A stretch of DNA of 64,000 bases from Candidatus Binatota bacterium (GCA_024276575.1 JAJRWY010000171.1:1580-65579); one strand, 5' to 3'. Shown: positions 1 through 10,009, counted from the first letter of the stretch. Notes: generated by a model from the sequence alone, not told the origin. Translations and numbers: made by a program.

Positions 1-53
1 TATTTCCCAGCCCAGTGGCTGATCGCACTTTCGATCTTCTAGCCTACCTTGAC

Positions 54-114
54 CTTGATCGGACAATAATTCACGGCGCAAATCGCCTCCGGCTCGCGCC
101 GGAGCACGCCATGC
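54..114 (+). repeat. ~61-bp dispersed repeat (family 2); inverted copy at 1831-1891
   Basis: ccttgatcggacaataattcacggcgcaaatcgcctccggctcgcgccggagcacgccatg is the near-exact reverse complement of 1831-1891 (2 mismatches by eye); contains internal hairpin ctccggc-tcgc-gccggag. Confidence 0.85.
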
Positions 115-122
115 GCGGCCGC

Positions 123-1043
123 TCAACCTTTGAAGGTGCTCGCGCCGAAATCACCGAAAGGTTCGTCTCTTTCTCTGACGGCTTCCTTGAAACCCGCCGC
201 GGCCGCCCTTTGCTGAAAAGCGTAACCTTCGGCAGTATGCCGCGTGATCCCATCGAACACTGTCCCGACCAACTGCGTGGCCGGCAACGGCGACCCCAAC
301 ACTGTTTGGTTGACGAGCTTCTTCATCATGATGAGTTGATTCACGGGGTTTCGGGCTATGCGTTCGAGCAATATCTCGAAGCGCTGGTCCAGCTGACCAG
401 GCGCAGCACATTCACATGCCAGTCCCCATTCCACCGCTTCCTTGCCGTTCAGGCAATCGCCGGTAAACAGCAAGCGTTTGGCTTTTTCTATTCCTATTCT
501 GTAGGCCCAAACCGAAGTCGTCGGCGAACCCCATACGCGTGCAGGCGGGTAGCCGATCTTGGCATCCTCGGCAATCAACAAAAGGTCGCTACACAGCGCC
601 ATGTCAGTGCCCCCCGCGACGCAAAAGCCGTGGACTTTGCAAACCACCGGCTTATCGGCATGGAACAAACTCATGAAACCGCGCACGTTGCGCGACATCA
701 TCTGGTAATCGATCATCGGATCCCACACCACCGAGGGATCGTGGTTCGCAGCCGTGACCGCCGGGTCCAACGCCGAACCCTCCGGGACGGGGCTATCGCC
801 CGGGCCGCGCTCTTCGCGCATCTTCTCGGCGGAGGCCACCAAGTCGTAGCCTCCACAAAATCCTTTGCCGTTGCCCGACAGGGCAATCACATGAACCGAA
901 GGGTCAAGGTCCGCCTTCTCTACGCAGGCAGCAAGCTCACGCGGTAGATCCAAGGTGATGCCGTTCCCGCGACTGGGACGGTTCAGGGTAATCCGGGCAA
1001 TGCGCCCGCTGCTTTCGTAGGTCATCGTTTTCAAACTGTTCAT
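123..1043 (-). CDS. Crotonase/enoyl-CoA hydratase family protein
   Basis: Motifs ITLNRP, FCGGYDL, VHGFCVAGG, IGYPP. Confidence 0.9.
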   Translation of the reverse strand: MNSLKTMTYESSGRIARITLNRPSRGNGITLDLPRELAACVEKADLDPSVHVIALSGNGKGFCGGYDLVASAEKMREERGPGDSPVPEGSALDPAVTAANHDPSVVWDPMIDYQMMSRNVRGFMSLFHADKPVVCKVHGFCVAGGTDMALCSDLLLIAEDAKIGYPPARVWGSPTTSVWAYRIGIEKAKRLLFTGDCLNGKEAVEWGLACECAAPGQLDQRFEILLERIARNPVNQLIMMKKLVNQTVLGSPLPATQLVGTVFDGITRHTAEGYAFQQRAAAAGFKEAVRERDEPFGDFGASTFKG

Positions 1044-1155
1044 CACTACTCCCGGTACCGTCTAATCTTGTCGCAAGCCTCTCCGCAATCGCTTTCGGCG
1101 GCGAAAGGAACAGCGCCGTTTGCCGTTGCCGCAAGTTCTCAGCACATCATAGCCA

Positions 1156-1701
1156 ATGAAAAGCGTGTGCGTATTCTGCGGATCCGGTCACGGTGCACGC
1201 CGTGAATATCACGACGCCGTACGATCCCTGGCCGAAGCATTGGTAGATCAAAAACTGACTCTAGTCTACGGAGGAGGCGCGATCGGTATGATGGGAAGTA
1301 TAGCCAACGCCGTATTGGCGCGCGGCGGCGAGGTAACCGGCGTCATTCCTCGTTCACTGGCCGACCAGGAATTGGCTCATCCGGGCCTGAGTCAAATCCA
1401 CGTAGTTTCTTCCATGCATGAGCGCAAGAACTTGATGTACGATCTTTCCGACGCCTTCATGGCGCTACCCGGCGGCATCGGGACCCTGGAGGAATTCTTC
1501 GAGGTCCTGACTTGGTCCCAACTCGGCATACACTCCAAACCCTGTGGCCTGTTAAACACCGTAGGGTACTTCGACAGCCTCCTCGATTTTCTCGATCATT
1601 CAGTAAGCGAGTCGTTCTTCACGGCAAAGCATCGAGACAATATCCTCGTCGATGAAGATCCCCGGTCGCTACTGCAAAGTCTTAGCTTGCATTACTCATG
1701 A
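1156..1701 (+). CDS. LOG family nucleotide phosphoribohydrolase
   Basis: VCVFCGS, LVYGGG, MHERK, PGGIGTLEE; last codons and stop lie inside the MITE terminal repeat. Confidence 0.93.
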   Translation: MKSVCVFCGSGHGARREYHDAVRSLAEALVDQKLTLVYGGGAIGMMGSIANAVLARGGEVTGVIPRSLADQELAHPGLSQIHVVSSMHERKNLMYDLSDAFMALPGGIGTLEEFFEVLTWSQLGIHSKPCGLLNTVGYFDSLLDFLDHSVSESFFTAKHRDNILVDEDPRSLLQSLSLHYS

Positions 1702-2007
1702 AACCTCGTCGCGAGAGTCGTAAGCGCCCGTAAGATCGGCCCAAGCGTAGCGCCGAGGCCCGCAGGCGTAATAACACTACATCGAGAGCCGAAAAGTAGT
1801 GAGCATCGACGGGCGCGAGTACGGTAAGCCCATGGCGTGCTCCGGCGCGAGCCGGAGGCGATTTGTGCCATGAATTATTGTCCGATCAAGGCTGACGGTA
1901 CGTCGAGGACCGAAAAGTGGTGAGCCGGCGAGCGGCGAACGGCGAACGGGCCGAGATTGCGGGCGATTGAGGCTCGTAGCAGAGGTTTCATGAATAATGC
2001 GGGCTAG
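1682..2007. mobile_element. Non-autonomous MITE-like element (family 1), ~326 bp, 26-bp terminal inverted repeats
   Basis: Left end ttagcttgcattactcatgaaacctc (1682-1707) matches the reverse complement of 1982-2007, ctagcccgcattattcatgaaacctc, at 22/26; related copies at 4586-4730 and 42954-43060. Confidence 0.75.
1831..1891 (-). repeat. Family-2 61-bp repeat nested inside the MITE
   Basis: Reverse complement of 54-114. Confidence 0.85.
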
Positions 2008-2071
2008 TACGCGAGCCAGCGCAACGGGCGAACAAGCTACGGGTCCAGATAGCGAGCGGTGGTGGAGGCTC

Positions 2072-3508
2072 TCAAGGGGGGAAGCCGATATAACTGCGGC
2101 GCTGGGCTTCCATAGCGGCGCGCAGCAGGGGCTCCTCTTGCAAGCCGAGTTGTGACTCACCGAACCAAGCCCCATCTTCGTTCCTTCGCAGCGTAAACCT
2201 ACGAAAACCCGATTGGGAAAACGCCAAGCCGTCAGCCGGCCGGGCTGCTTCGATCACTACCTGCGAAACTCCACGCGAGATATCGTCCGACGATATGTGG
2301 CGCCACAGTTCCACCGCCTCCGCACTCAAAAGCGCTAGGTCATCGAGATCAGTGGGCGTCTGGTAACGAAGGCCCGGGATGCTATTGGTGCCGCTCTCCA
2401 ACGGGCCCACCCACAACACTCTGATCTCGGTGCCCGAGTCCAGCGTCACTAGGTCCTGAGCGGGCAGCGCCATGGAACTCGCACCTACCCCGCTAAGCGC
2501 AGCGTCGAGCCGGCGGCGGCCTTCGACGATCGCGGCCTGCAAAGCTTCATCCAGCGCGTGATTGAACCAGCGGCCTGCCGGGCTCTCGCAGAAGTCGGCA
2601 TAGGCCGCAAGATCCACGTCGTCGACATCGGAATACCTCGCCAGAAGCGCTGCGGTGACCACCGGTTCGTATTGCTCCGCCAGCCCTTCAGCAGCACGCT
2701 CCCGGGCTATGATTTTCCAAAGTTCGGAGCTTCCACGACGCGAAGGCTGCGGGCGGCCACGCTCGACTATTTGCGCAACAGCCAAACCCATCTGCGCCAC
2801 GTGGTCCAGAGCCCACTCGAGCGAACCCGACGCTTTCATGATTCTTCGCACTATCGCTAGACGCTCAGGCGCAACCGAGCCCTGGTCGAGTTCTACGAAC
2901 CGCGCAGAAAACTCCACCCTTCCCCGCCGTGGGTCTCCCCATGTCATGGCCTCCGCAAACTTGATCTCAAACGCCTGTGGCGAAGACAGCCACTCGAGCG
3001 TTCGTGCCATCTGAGCACCGCCACCGACAGACTCTGCGCCCCCTGCCTCTTTCTCAACCGTCTTCTCGAGTGTAGCGACCGATTCGCCCAAATGATCCCG
3101 TGCAACTCCGGCCAGAAGGTTTTCGTCGTAAGCTTCCAACAGCACCGTGCCCATGGCAGCGCGAATATTCTCCGGGATAGAGTACCAATGTGCATCGAGA
3201 AGGCGTGCCACCTGCGGAGGCAAGCGCTGTACACGCTGGCGCAAGCTCGAGAGGTCGAACAGCTTCGCTGCCAGATCACGCGCTTTCACATCAACGCCGG
3301 CAACGGCTTCCGCCGGGGCGTTCCCATCGCGCGCTAGCCCCGGAACCACCGCAGCCGGAGCGTGAGATATTGAAATCACGACGAAAAGCAAAGTGATGAC
3401 AAGCAATCGCAGCGGAGAAAGAATTGCAGCACGACGCCGCGAGCGTCCCGGCAGCAGTACGGAGTCTAAGGCGATATGTCGGCAGTCTATCAAACGGCGG
3501 CACGGCAT
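2072..3508 (-). CDS. Exported hypothetical protein with DUF2059-like helical segments
   Basis: N-terminal hydrophobic signal-like stretch; DLAAYADFCESPAGRWF and LEWLSSPQA resemble DUF2059 motifs; start uncertain. Confidence 0.6.
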   Translation of the reverse strand: MPCRRLIDCRHIALDSVLLPGRSRRRAAILSPLRLLVITLLFVVISISHAPAAVVPGLARDGNAPAEAVAGVDVKARDLAAKLFDLSSLRQRVQRLPPQVARLLDAHWYSIPENIRAAMGTVLLEAYDENLLAGVARDHLGESVATLEKTVEKEAGGAESVGGGAQMARTLEWLSSPQAFEIKFAEAMTWGDPRRGRVEFSARFVELDQGSVAPERLAIVRRIMKASGSLEWALDHVAQMGLAVAQIVERGRPQPSRRGSSELWKIIARERAAEGLAEQYEPVVTAALLARYSDVDDVDLAAYADFCESPAGRWFNHALDEALQAAIVEGRRRLDAALSGVGASSMALPAQDLVTLDSGTEIRVLWVGPLESGTNSIPGLRYQTPTDLDDLALLSAEAVELWRHISSDDISRGVSQVVIEAARPADGLAFSQSGFRRFTLRRNEDGAWFGESQLGLQEEPLLRAAMEAQRRSYIGFPP

Positions 3509-3673
3509 GGGTAATGCTAGCGCGAGCGGCCTGAGGTCACGAACAACGCAGCGTGCCGGCAGCCTACCGGGCCAACAACAACGTCCGTGCGGGGGCTGCC
3601 CTTAGGAGCGAGGCTTCTATATACTTTATTGCAACGGCGGCGCTGACCGCCGCTTTCACCGGGTCCAAAGTAA

Positions 3674-4588
3674 ATGCCGAAAGCGATTTCCTCATCGATG
3701 CTCGGGATCATCTCCGCGCTTTTCGTGACGATCCACACTCTGTTCTGGTGTACATGGCTGTTCGCCGCAGCCGTGGCGAAACTCCTGGTCCCTGCACGAA
3801 GCTGGAGATCATTTTGGAGTTCCGTGGTCACCTCGATAGCGAAAAGTTGGGTGTGGGGCAACGGTACTTTCATGCGTTTGACCCGCCGCCTGGACTACGA
3901 TGTCCGCGGTGCCGACCAACTCGACCAACAAGGCTGGTTTCTGATCGCCTGTAATCATCAAGCATGGGCCGACATTCCCATACTGCAAGAAGTCTTTCTA
4001 CGACGGATCCCATTCATCAAGTTCTTCCTCAAGCAAGAACTCATCTGGGTTCCGGTGCTCGGACTCGCCTGGTGGGCCTTGGATTTCCCCTTCATGAAGC
4101 GGTATTCGCGTAAGTTCTTGGAAGCGCACCCGGAACTACGCGGCAAAGACCTGGAAACCACCCGGAAAGCCTGCGAGCGCTTTCGTTACAACCCCGTCAC
4201 GGTGCTGAACTTTCTCGAGGGTACTCGATTCACACCCCATAAACACTCGCGCCAAAACTCTCCTTACCAACACCTTCTCAAACCCAAAGCCGGCGGGATC
4301 GCATTCACGATCGGGGCGATGGGTGAAAAGTTCACGTCCATGCTCGACGTAACCATCTTCTACCCCGGTGGCGCTCCCAACTTCTGGCGCTACATGTGCG
4401 GAGATCTCGATCGCGTAGTGGTAGTAGTCAGGGAGAAGCCGATACCCGAGCGTTTCCTGAAAGGCGACTACATGGGTGACGACGCCTTCCGCCGTGAATT
4501 CCAACAGTGGATCGACAGCCTGTGGCGGGAAAAAGACCTGCTCCTCGCCGAGCTTGCATCAGAAAGCCAAATCCAGACCGGCCCCTGA
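3674..4588 (+). CDS. PlsC/YihG-type acyltransferase
   Basis: NHQAWADI (HxxxxD), FFLKQELIWVP, LDFPFMKRYS, FLEGTRF, LLKPKAGG. Confidence 0.92.
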   Translation: MPKAISSSMLGIISALFVTIHTLFWCTWLFAAAVAKLLVPARSWRSFWSSVVTSIAKSWVWGNGTFMRLTRRLDYDVRGADQLDQQGWFLIACNHQAWADIPILQEVFLRRIPFIKFFLKQELIWVPVLGLAWWALDFPFMKRYSRKFLEAHPELRGKDLETTRKACERFRYNPVTVLNFLEGTRFTPHKHSRQNSPYQHLLKPKAGGIAFTIGAMGEKFTSMLDVTIFYPGGAPNFWRYMCGDLDRVVVVVREKPIPERFLKGDYMGDDAFRREFQQWIDSLWREKDLLLAELASESQIQTGP

Positions 4589-4730
4589 CCCGTATAATTC
4601 ATGAATCCACTGCTGCGAGCCTCGATCGCCCACGACCCCGGCCCGTGCTCGTTCGCCCGTTGCACTTGGGCCGGTCTCACGGGCGTTTACGACGCTCGCG
4701 ACGAGGGTTCAGTAGAATTATGAAGGCTAA
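4586..4730. mobile_element. Internally deleted family-1 MITE copy, opposite orientation to 1682-2007
   Basis: 4589-4658 aligns to the reverse complement of ~1935-2004, and 4667-4730 to the reverse complement of 1682-1745; its ends overlap the stop codons of both convergent genes. Confidence 0.75.
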
Positions 4731-5794
4731 ACCAGCGAAACGGCAACGCCGCGCTCTGCCAAGGTCGCGCGGATATCTCCGGCGAGCAAGGCGGCGGCAG
4801 CCTCACTTTCCTTGAGCACGGCATCCATATGGGCAAGCCCCAGGCCACGCAGATAAGTATAGGCGTTCTCACCAGGGCATAATTCGCTCGATGGAGGGAC
4901 AAGCTTCGCGATGTCAGCCAAGGGTCCTGGAGGAGGCATCATGCGAAACATCTCGTGAGTCGCCTCGACGTTGTCACAGAAATGCATGTGATCCGCATTT
5001 TCCAACACCACCATTCGCTTGGGAGAACGCGTGCGGTCGAAAAGCTCGCGCATACCGTCGAGCGGAAGCAAGGTGTCGCGATCTGCCACCAAATACAAGG
5101 TCGGAACCTCGCGACCCCAATCCAAATCGAGGCTTTCGCGCAAGATCTCTCCGGGCAACGGACTGGCCCCGCCGGCCGGTGCCAAGGGCAGGGCTGCGCG
5201 AATTCTCTCGTCACTCCCGCTTACGCTGAGCGTCGTCCAGCCGCCAAAACTGTGGCCGCTCATACCGATTCGCCCAGCATCGATGATCGATGCAAGACCA
5301 CCCGCATCCTCTTCAACGATGCTGTCTATGGTAAAGCTGACGTCTTGCGGGCGGGCTTCGATCATCGAAGCCAAGAGTTCCCCGATATCCGGCAACTCCC
5401 CTCCGGACATCAATGACAGCGTCATCTGCATCACGTCGACGATGGTATTGCCGCTGTGGTCCATGGCTACGACTACATAGCCGTGGCTGGCGAGGTGGGT
5501 GCATAAGTGAGTCGTCTGCCGGCGGTGCCCGCCGAATCCATGAGAGAACACCACCAGCGGGAACTTACCATCCGACTGCGCGGCGTCGCGAAGTGCAGCT
5601 TGTTTCACAGGGGGGAACCCCGGCAGAGCTTCGAAAGCATCCTGCCGCTGCTCGTCAAGATCGCCGCCTTGGTATTGAACGGCGGCGGGATACCAAAGCT
5701 CCACTTCCAACTGCCTGGAACGTGCGGAATCATCGAGTGTGACAGTGCGCACGCCGACGGGGAAGGGACCTCTAGCAAACGGATCGTAGCTCAT
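4727..5794 (-). CDS. Alpha/beta hydrolase (PAF-acetylhydrolase/dienelactone hydrolase-like)
   Basis: PLVVFSHGFGG, LASHGYVV, nucleophile elbow GHSFGG, DHMHF. Confidence 0.88.
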   Translation of the reverse strand: MSYDPFARGPFPVGVRTVTLDDSARSRQLEVELWYPAAVQYQGGDLDEQRQDAFEALPGFPPVKQAALRDAAQSDGKFPLVVFSHGFGGHRRQTTHLCTHLASHGYVVVAMDHSGNTIVDVMQMTLSLMSGGELPDIGELLASMIEARPQDVSFTIDSIVEEDAGGLASIIDAGRIGMSGHSFGGWTTLSVSGSDERIRAALPLAPAGGASPLPGEILRESLDLDWGREVPTLYLVADRDTLLPLDGMRELFDRTRSPKRMVVLENADHMHFCDNVEATHEMFRMMPPPGPLADIAKLVPPSSELCPGENAYTYLRGLGLAHMDAVLKESEAAAALLAGDIRATLAERGVAVSLV

Positions 5795-6858
5795 GATTTG
5801 TTTCCTTTGCGGCGCTCACGCACCGCTTCGGCCAGTCTTTCCAACACCGGCACAGTGTCGTCCCAAGACAGGCAGGCATCGGTAATGCTCTGTCCATAGA
5901 CCAACGGTCCGCCTGGGACCAGGTCCTGCCGGCCTTCGAGCAGATGGCTTTCGATCATCAAGCCCGCAATCGATGACGAGCCGGCCGAGATTTGAACAGC
6001 GAGATTCTCCGCCACCTCGACCTGCCGTCGGAAATTCTTCTGCGAGTTACCGTGGCTGCAATCCACCATGACTCTGGGCGGTGCACCCATCGCTTCGAGC
6101 CGGCCGGCAACTTCGGCAATGCTGGCCTGATCGTAGTTGCTGCCTTTCTTCGATCCGCGCAGAATCACATGGCAAGCATCGTTGCCGGAAGTCCTCACTA
6201 TCGCAGTAATGCCGTCCTTGGTCACCGACAGAAAATGGTGCGACCCGGCAGCCGCCCGTATAGCATCGAGCGCGATCTGGATGTTACCGTTGGTTCCGTT
6301 CTTGAACCCAAGAGGCACCGACAAGCCCGAAGCCAATTCCCTGTGTACTTGGCTCTCGGTGGTGCGTGCCCCGATCGCGCCCCACGCGATTAGATCGCCG
6401 ATGAACTGAGGAATGATGGTATCGAGAAACTCCGATCCCGCCGGTACACCCAAGGCCCCTATTTCCAGGAGCAAGCGCCGGGCAGTACGAAGACCCTTGT
6501 TGATGTCGAAACTGCCGTCGAGATCGGGATCGTTGATGAGCCCCTTCCAGCCGACCGTGGTCCGTGGTTTCTCGAAGTAAACTCGCATGACCAGGCAGAG
6601 ATCGTTACGCAGAGCCTCACGATAGCGGCTCAGCTTGCGAGCGTACTCCACGGCCGCGACAGGGTCGTGAATCGAGCAAGGGCCGACGACGACCAGCAAG
6701 CGATCGTCGGCCCCCTTGAGTATACGCGTCGCCTCATCCCGGGTGGACGCCACCAGTTCCGAAAAAGATTCGGTAATCGGCAACTCCTCCATCAAGCAGG
6801 CGGGAGGTATCAAAGGGCGCAGCTGCGCAATGCGAAGGTCGTCGGTGCGATGAAGCAT
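5791..6858 (-). CDS. aroG: Class I DAHP synthase
   Basis: GPCSIHD, MRVYFEKPRTTVGWKG, IGARTTESQVHRELASG, DCSHGNS, SITDAC. Confidence 0.95.
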   Translation of the reverse strand: MLHRTDDLRIAQLRPLIPPACLMEELPITESFSELVASTRDEATRILKGADDRLLVVVGPCSIHDPVAAVEYARKLSRYREALRNDLCLVMRVYFEKPRTTVGWKGLINDPDLDGSFDINKGLRTARRLLLEIGALGVPAGSEFLDTIIPQFIGDLIAWGAIGARTTESQVHRELASGLSVPLGFKNGTNGNIQIALDAIRAAAGSHHFLSVTKDGITAIVRTSGNDACHVILRGSKKGSNYDQASIAEVAGRLEAMGAPPRVMVDCSHGNSQKNFRRQVEVAENLAVQISAGSSSIAGLMIESHLLEGRQDLVPGGPLVYGQSITDACLSWDDTVPVLERLAEAVRERRKGNKS

Positions 6859-6994
6859 AACGCTTCTAATTAGCGACTTCGCAGGGGGAGTTCCAGGCTA
6901 GAGGCCCGGGCAGACTGTCTAATCCAGGGAAAAACAAACCCCGAGCGGAGCGAAGCCGTGGGGCTCCACTCCGCTCGGATGGCAACGAAGCCGT

Positions 6995-7321
6995 TTAGAC
7001 CGCGTCTTTGAGCGCCTTGAGGGGGCGAATCTTGACCGCACGGCTGGCGGGTTTCGCCTTGAACATCATCTCCTCACCGGTGAAGGGATTGATGCCTTTG
7101 CGAGCTTTACGGGCAGGCTTCTTCTGCACCGTAAACTTGGCGAGGCCGGGAAGCGTGAACGCTCCGGCTCCCTTGGGTTTCAGGTGGCGATGGATCTTGT
7201 CCGTCAACGAATCGAGTACCCCCGCAACGTCCTTCTTCGTAAGTCCGGTGTCCTCCGCAATAGCCGCCGTGAGCTGAGCTTTAGTCAACGGTTTTGCAAT
7301 CGCCGTAGCCTTTTTAGCCAT
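6995..7321 (-). CDS. HU/IHF-family DNA-binding protein
   Basis: TKAQLTAAIAEDTGLTKK, ARKGINPFTGE, LKALKDAV; GGAG-type RBS upstream. Confidence 0.92.
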   Translation of the reverse strand: MAKKATAIAKPLTKAQLTAAIAEDTGLTKKDVAGVLDSLTDKIHRHLKPKGAGAFTLPGLAKFTVQKKPARKARKGINPFTGEEMMFKAKPASRAVKIRPLKALKDAV

Positions 7322-7696
7322 ATCTCGTACCACTCCTTCCTTATTCCAGCGGCTGCGCCGCAAGGTGTTTGAACTACAAATTATAGGGAAACGCTTACTC
7401 GGTCGCGACTCCCTTGTCCCATAAATGTAGCCTCAGTCAAGACGTCTGTGCATATTGTGCCTATTTTTTCAGTACCAAGCCCCTTGCAACCCACACATTG
7501 GCCGGCCAAACAGCCACCAATTGTCCAATAGTGCGCCGCTAGGATAACTTCTGCGGCACAACCACGGCGCTGCTACGACGCGCAGGACGATACTCGAAGT
7601 GCCTAGCGGCTCAATGCGTAGCGGGCGATTCCACAAAGCGGATTCCCCGGCGTGCCGCGCCGACGGCGACACAACACAGCCTCTAAGGAGTACGAC

Positions 7697-8530
7697 ATGA
7701 CTTTGTCCACGAGCAGCGAAACCCCTGCAAATCCAGGCTTTTCCACTCTACGCGTTGAAGTAGAAGGAAGCGTGGGGCGCTTGACTTTGACGCGGCCCGA
7801 GCGGCTCAACGCGATGGGAGCCACCATGTTGCGCGAACTCGAAGGGGCCGCGCGCTGGTTCGACCAGCATCGCGACCTCCACGTGGTGCTGGTAAGCGGC
7901 GAAGGGCGGGCATTTTGTGCAGGCGCCGACTTAAAGGATCTGCCGCTGGCCGAAGCCGATCCGAGTTCGGGCAAGAGTTGGCTATACCGGCGTGAAGTGG
8001 CCCAATACGGGTTGCGGATGGCGGACGCCGTCGAACAGATGAGAGCCGTGACCATTGCCCGGGTGCACGGCTACGCAGTCGGCGGAGGTTTGGTCTTGAT
8101 GGCAGCTTGCGACCTTCGCATCTGCGCCGAAGACGCATCTTTATTCATTCCGGAAATAGACCTGGGCATACCCCTGGCCTGGGGCGGAATCCCGCGCTTG
8201 GTGCGCGAGATCGGCCCGGCATTGACCAAAGAGCTGGTAATGACCTGCCGGCGCTTTTCTCCGGCCGAGGCCAAAGCCGCAGGCTTCGTCAACCGCGTTG
8301 TCCCCGCCTCCGAACTAGAGCAAGTCGCGGAGGATTTGCTCGCAGAGTTGGACGCCAAACCTTCGGTGCCACTTGCCATCACCAAGGAACACGTAAACTC
8401 GATAAGCCGGGCGATGGCCACCGGCTACACGGCCTTCGCCGATGGGGACGCACTTCTCTCCGCCGTACAACAGCCGGAGGCCAGGCAAGCCGTCATCGAC
8501 TACACGACAAAGGCCTTCGGAGAAAAGTAG
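7697..8530 (+). CDS. Enoyl-CoA hydratase/isomerase
   Basis: LTRPERLNA, AFCAGADL, HGYAVGGG, PEIDLG; AAGGAG RBS. Confidence 0.92.
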   Translation: MTLSTSSETPANPGFSTLRVEVEGSVGRLTLTRPERLNAMGATMLRELEGAARWFDQHRDLHVVLVSGEGRAFCAGADLKDLPLAEADPSSGKSWLYRREVAQYGLRMADAVEQMRAVTIARVHGYAVGGGLVLMAACDLRICAEDASLFIPEIDLGIPLAWGGIPRLVREIGPALTKELVMTCRRFSPAEAKAAGFVNRVVPASELEQVAEDLLAELDAKPSVPLAITKEHVNSISRAMATGYTAFADGDALLSAVQQPEARQAVIDYTTKAFGEK

Positions 8531-8584
8531 AGACAGGGACGTTCCGGGAGACCGGCCACCCACACAATCGATCTTAACCATCCT

Positions 8585-8668
8585 AACCTTGATCAAACAA
8601 TGGTCAGGCAATGGCCGGGCAACGATTCATGGCCTAAACCGCTTCCGACCCGCACCGAAACTCGCCGC
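8585..8668 (+). repeat. Degenerate family-2 repeat with internal ~11-bp duplications
   Basis: ccttgatcaaacaat...gattcatggcctaaaccgcttccgacccgcaccgaaactcgcc resembles 54-114. Confidence 0.5.
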
Positions 8669-8792
8669 CCACGGGCGGCTACGGACGCGAACGAGAGAGA
8701 ATATCGGCAACCATCCAGCTTGCAACAAGCCGTACGCGGCAGCACAAGAGAGACGACAGCCACCCACTTAGCTGAAAGCGATGGAGGGCAGC

Positions 8793-9596
8793 ATGAAGTC
8801 TACGCAAGGTATCGAGCTTAGCGACGTACAAGAGGTCTACAACGGTGCGGAAGGAGACCTCTGGGAGCTGCTGATGGGACAGCAGATTCATATCGGCGGC
8901 TTCTTGTCCTCGATGGACCTAGCCGAGCGTGCGAACATCGGCGCGGGCCGCAAAGGTATCGACCTATGCTGTTGCAACGGCGCGGGCGCCCGCTTTCTAG
9001 TTCGTTTCCGCAATGTTTCATCGATGATCGCTGTCGACGCCTCGCAAACCGTACTCGAGCGCGGGCGCCGACGCTGCGCTAGCTAGGGGCTCGGCGACCG
9101 CATCGACTTCGTGTTGGCCGACGCTTGCGACAGCGGCCTCCCGGACCGAAGCGCGGATTTCGTCTGGGGCGAAGACGCGTGGTGTTATGTGAGCGACAAA
9201 AACAAGCTTCTTTCCGAAGCCGTACGGCTAGTTGAATCCGGGGGGACCATTGCCTTCACGGATTGGGTCGAGGGTCCGGCCGGAATGAGCGATGAAGAAG
9301 CCACACGTTTTCTGAGCTTCATGAAGTTCCCGAACGTCCAGGACATCCCGGGCTACGCGTCCCTGCTCGAACACAACGGATGCGAAGTCGTGTGTGCCGA
9401 AGATACCGAACGCTTCGGACCTTATGTAGACCTATTCCTGGACATGGCGGCCAAGCAACTTACCTACGACGCGCTTTGTATCTTGAACTACGACTTGGTG
9501 GCCCTTGAGACGATTTCGAACGAATTCGCTTTCCTGGGAGAACTCGCCCACGCGGGCAAGATTGCGCAAGCTCGTTTCGTAGCTACCAAAAAGTGA
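8793..9596 (+). CDS. Class I SAM-dependent methyltransferase with an in-frame TAG at 9084-9086 (readthrough or pseudogene)
   Basis: The two track ORFs 8781-9086 and 9111-9596 are one frame: ...RRRCAS*GLGDRIDFVLADACDSGLP...DFVW; motif I DLCCCNG lies before the TAG, motifs II/III after it. Confidence 0.85.
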
Positions 9597-9605
9597 GGAA
9601 CGGCA

Positions 9606-9926
9606 GTGGCGTGGACTTACCTGGTTTTGGCGATCATCTTGGAAGTCTCGGGTACCGTGAACATGAAACTATCCAAAGGCTTCTCGGTACCCGGCCCTAG
9701 CGCCGCTATCTTCCTTTTCTACGGCTTGAGCCTGTTTTGCCTGACCATGGCCTTGCGCAGCCTCGAAGTATCGGTCGCCTACGCGGTATGGTCGGGTCTT
9801 GGCACCGCGATGGTCGCACTGATCGGTGTGACCTGGTTCGATGAACCCATGAGCGCAGCGAAAGCGCTGTGCATAGCTCTGATAATCGGCGGAGTAGTCG
9901 GCCTGAACTTAATAGAGCGCGCCTGA
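9606..9926 (+). CDS. SMR family small multidrug transporter
   Basis: LAIILEVSGT (membrane Glu), VAYAVWSGLG, four TM helices. Confidence 0.93.
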   Translation: MAWTYLVLAIILEVSGTVNMKLSKGFSVPGPSAAIFLFYGLSLFCLTMALRSLEVSVAYAVWSGLGTAMVALIGVTWFDEPMSAAKALCIALIIGGVVGLNLIERA

Positions 9927-10009
9927 ACGCCTCCCCCCTTCATCCCGCCCGTAGCCGGCCGGCCATCTCATGATGACCGGCGTTGAGTATTCGCTGGGCT
10001 GGAGCCGGC

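Noticed and set aside
15-947. Long antisense or alternate-frame ORFs (also 10893-11945, 20671-21837, 34157-35329)
   Set aside because: They overlap well-supported genes, have no motifs, and are expected in GC-rich DNA.
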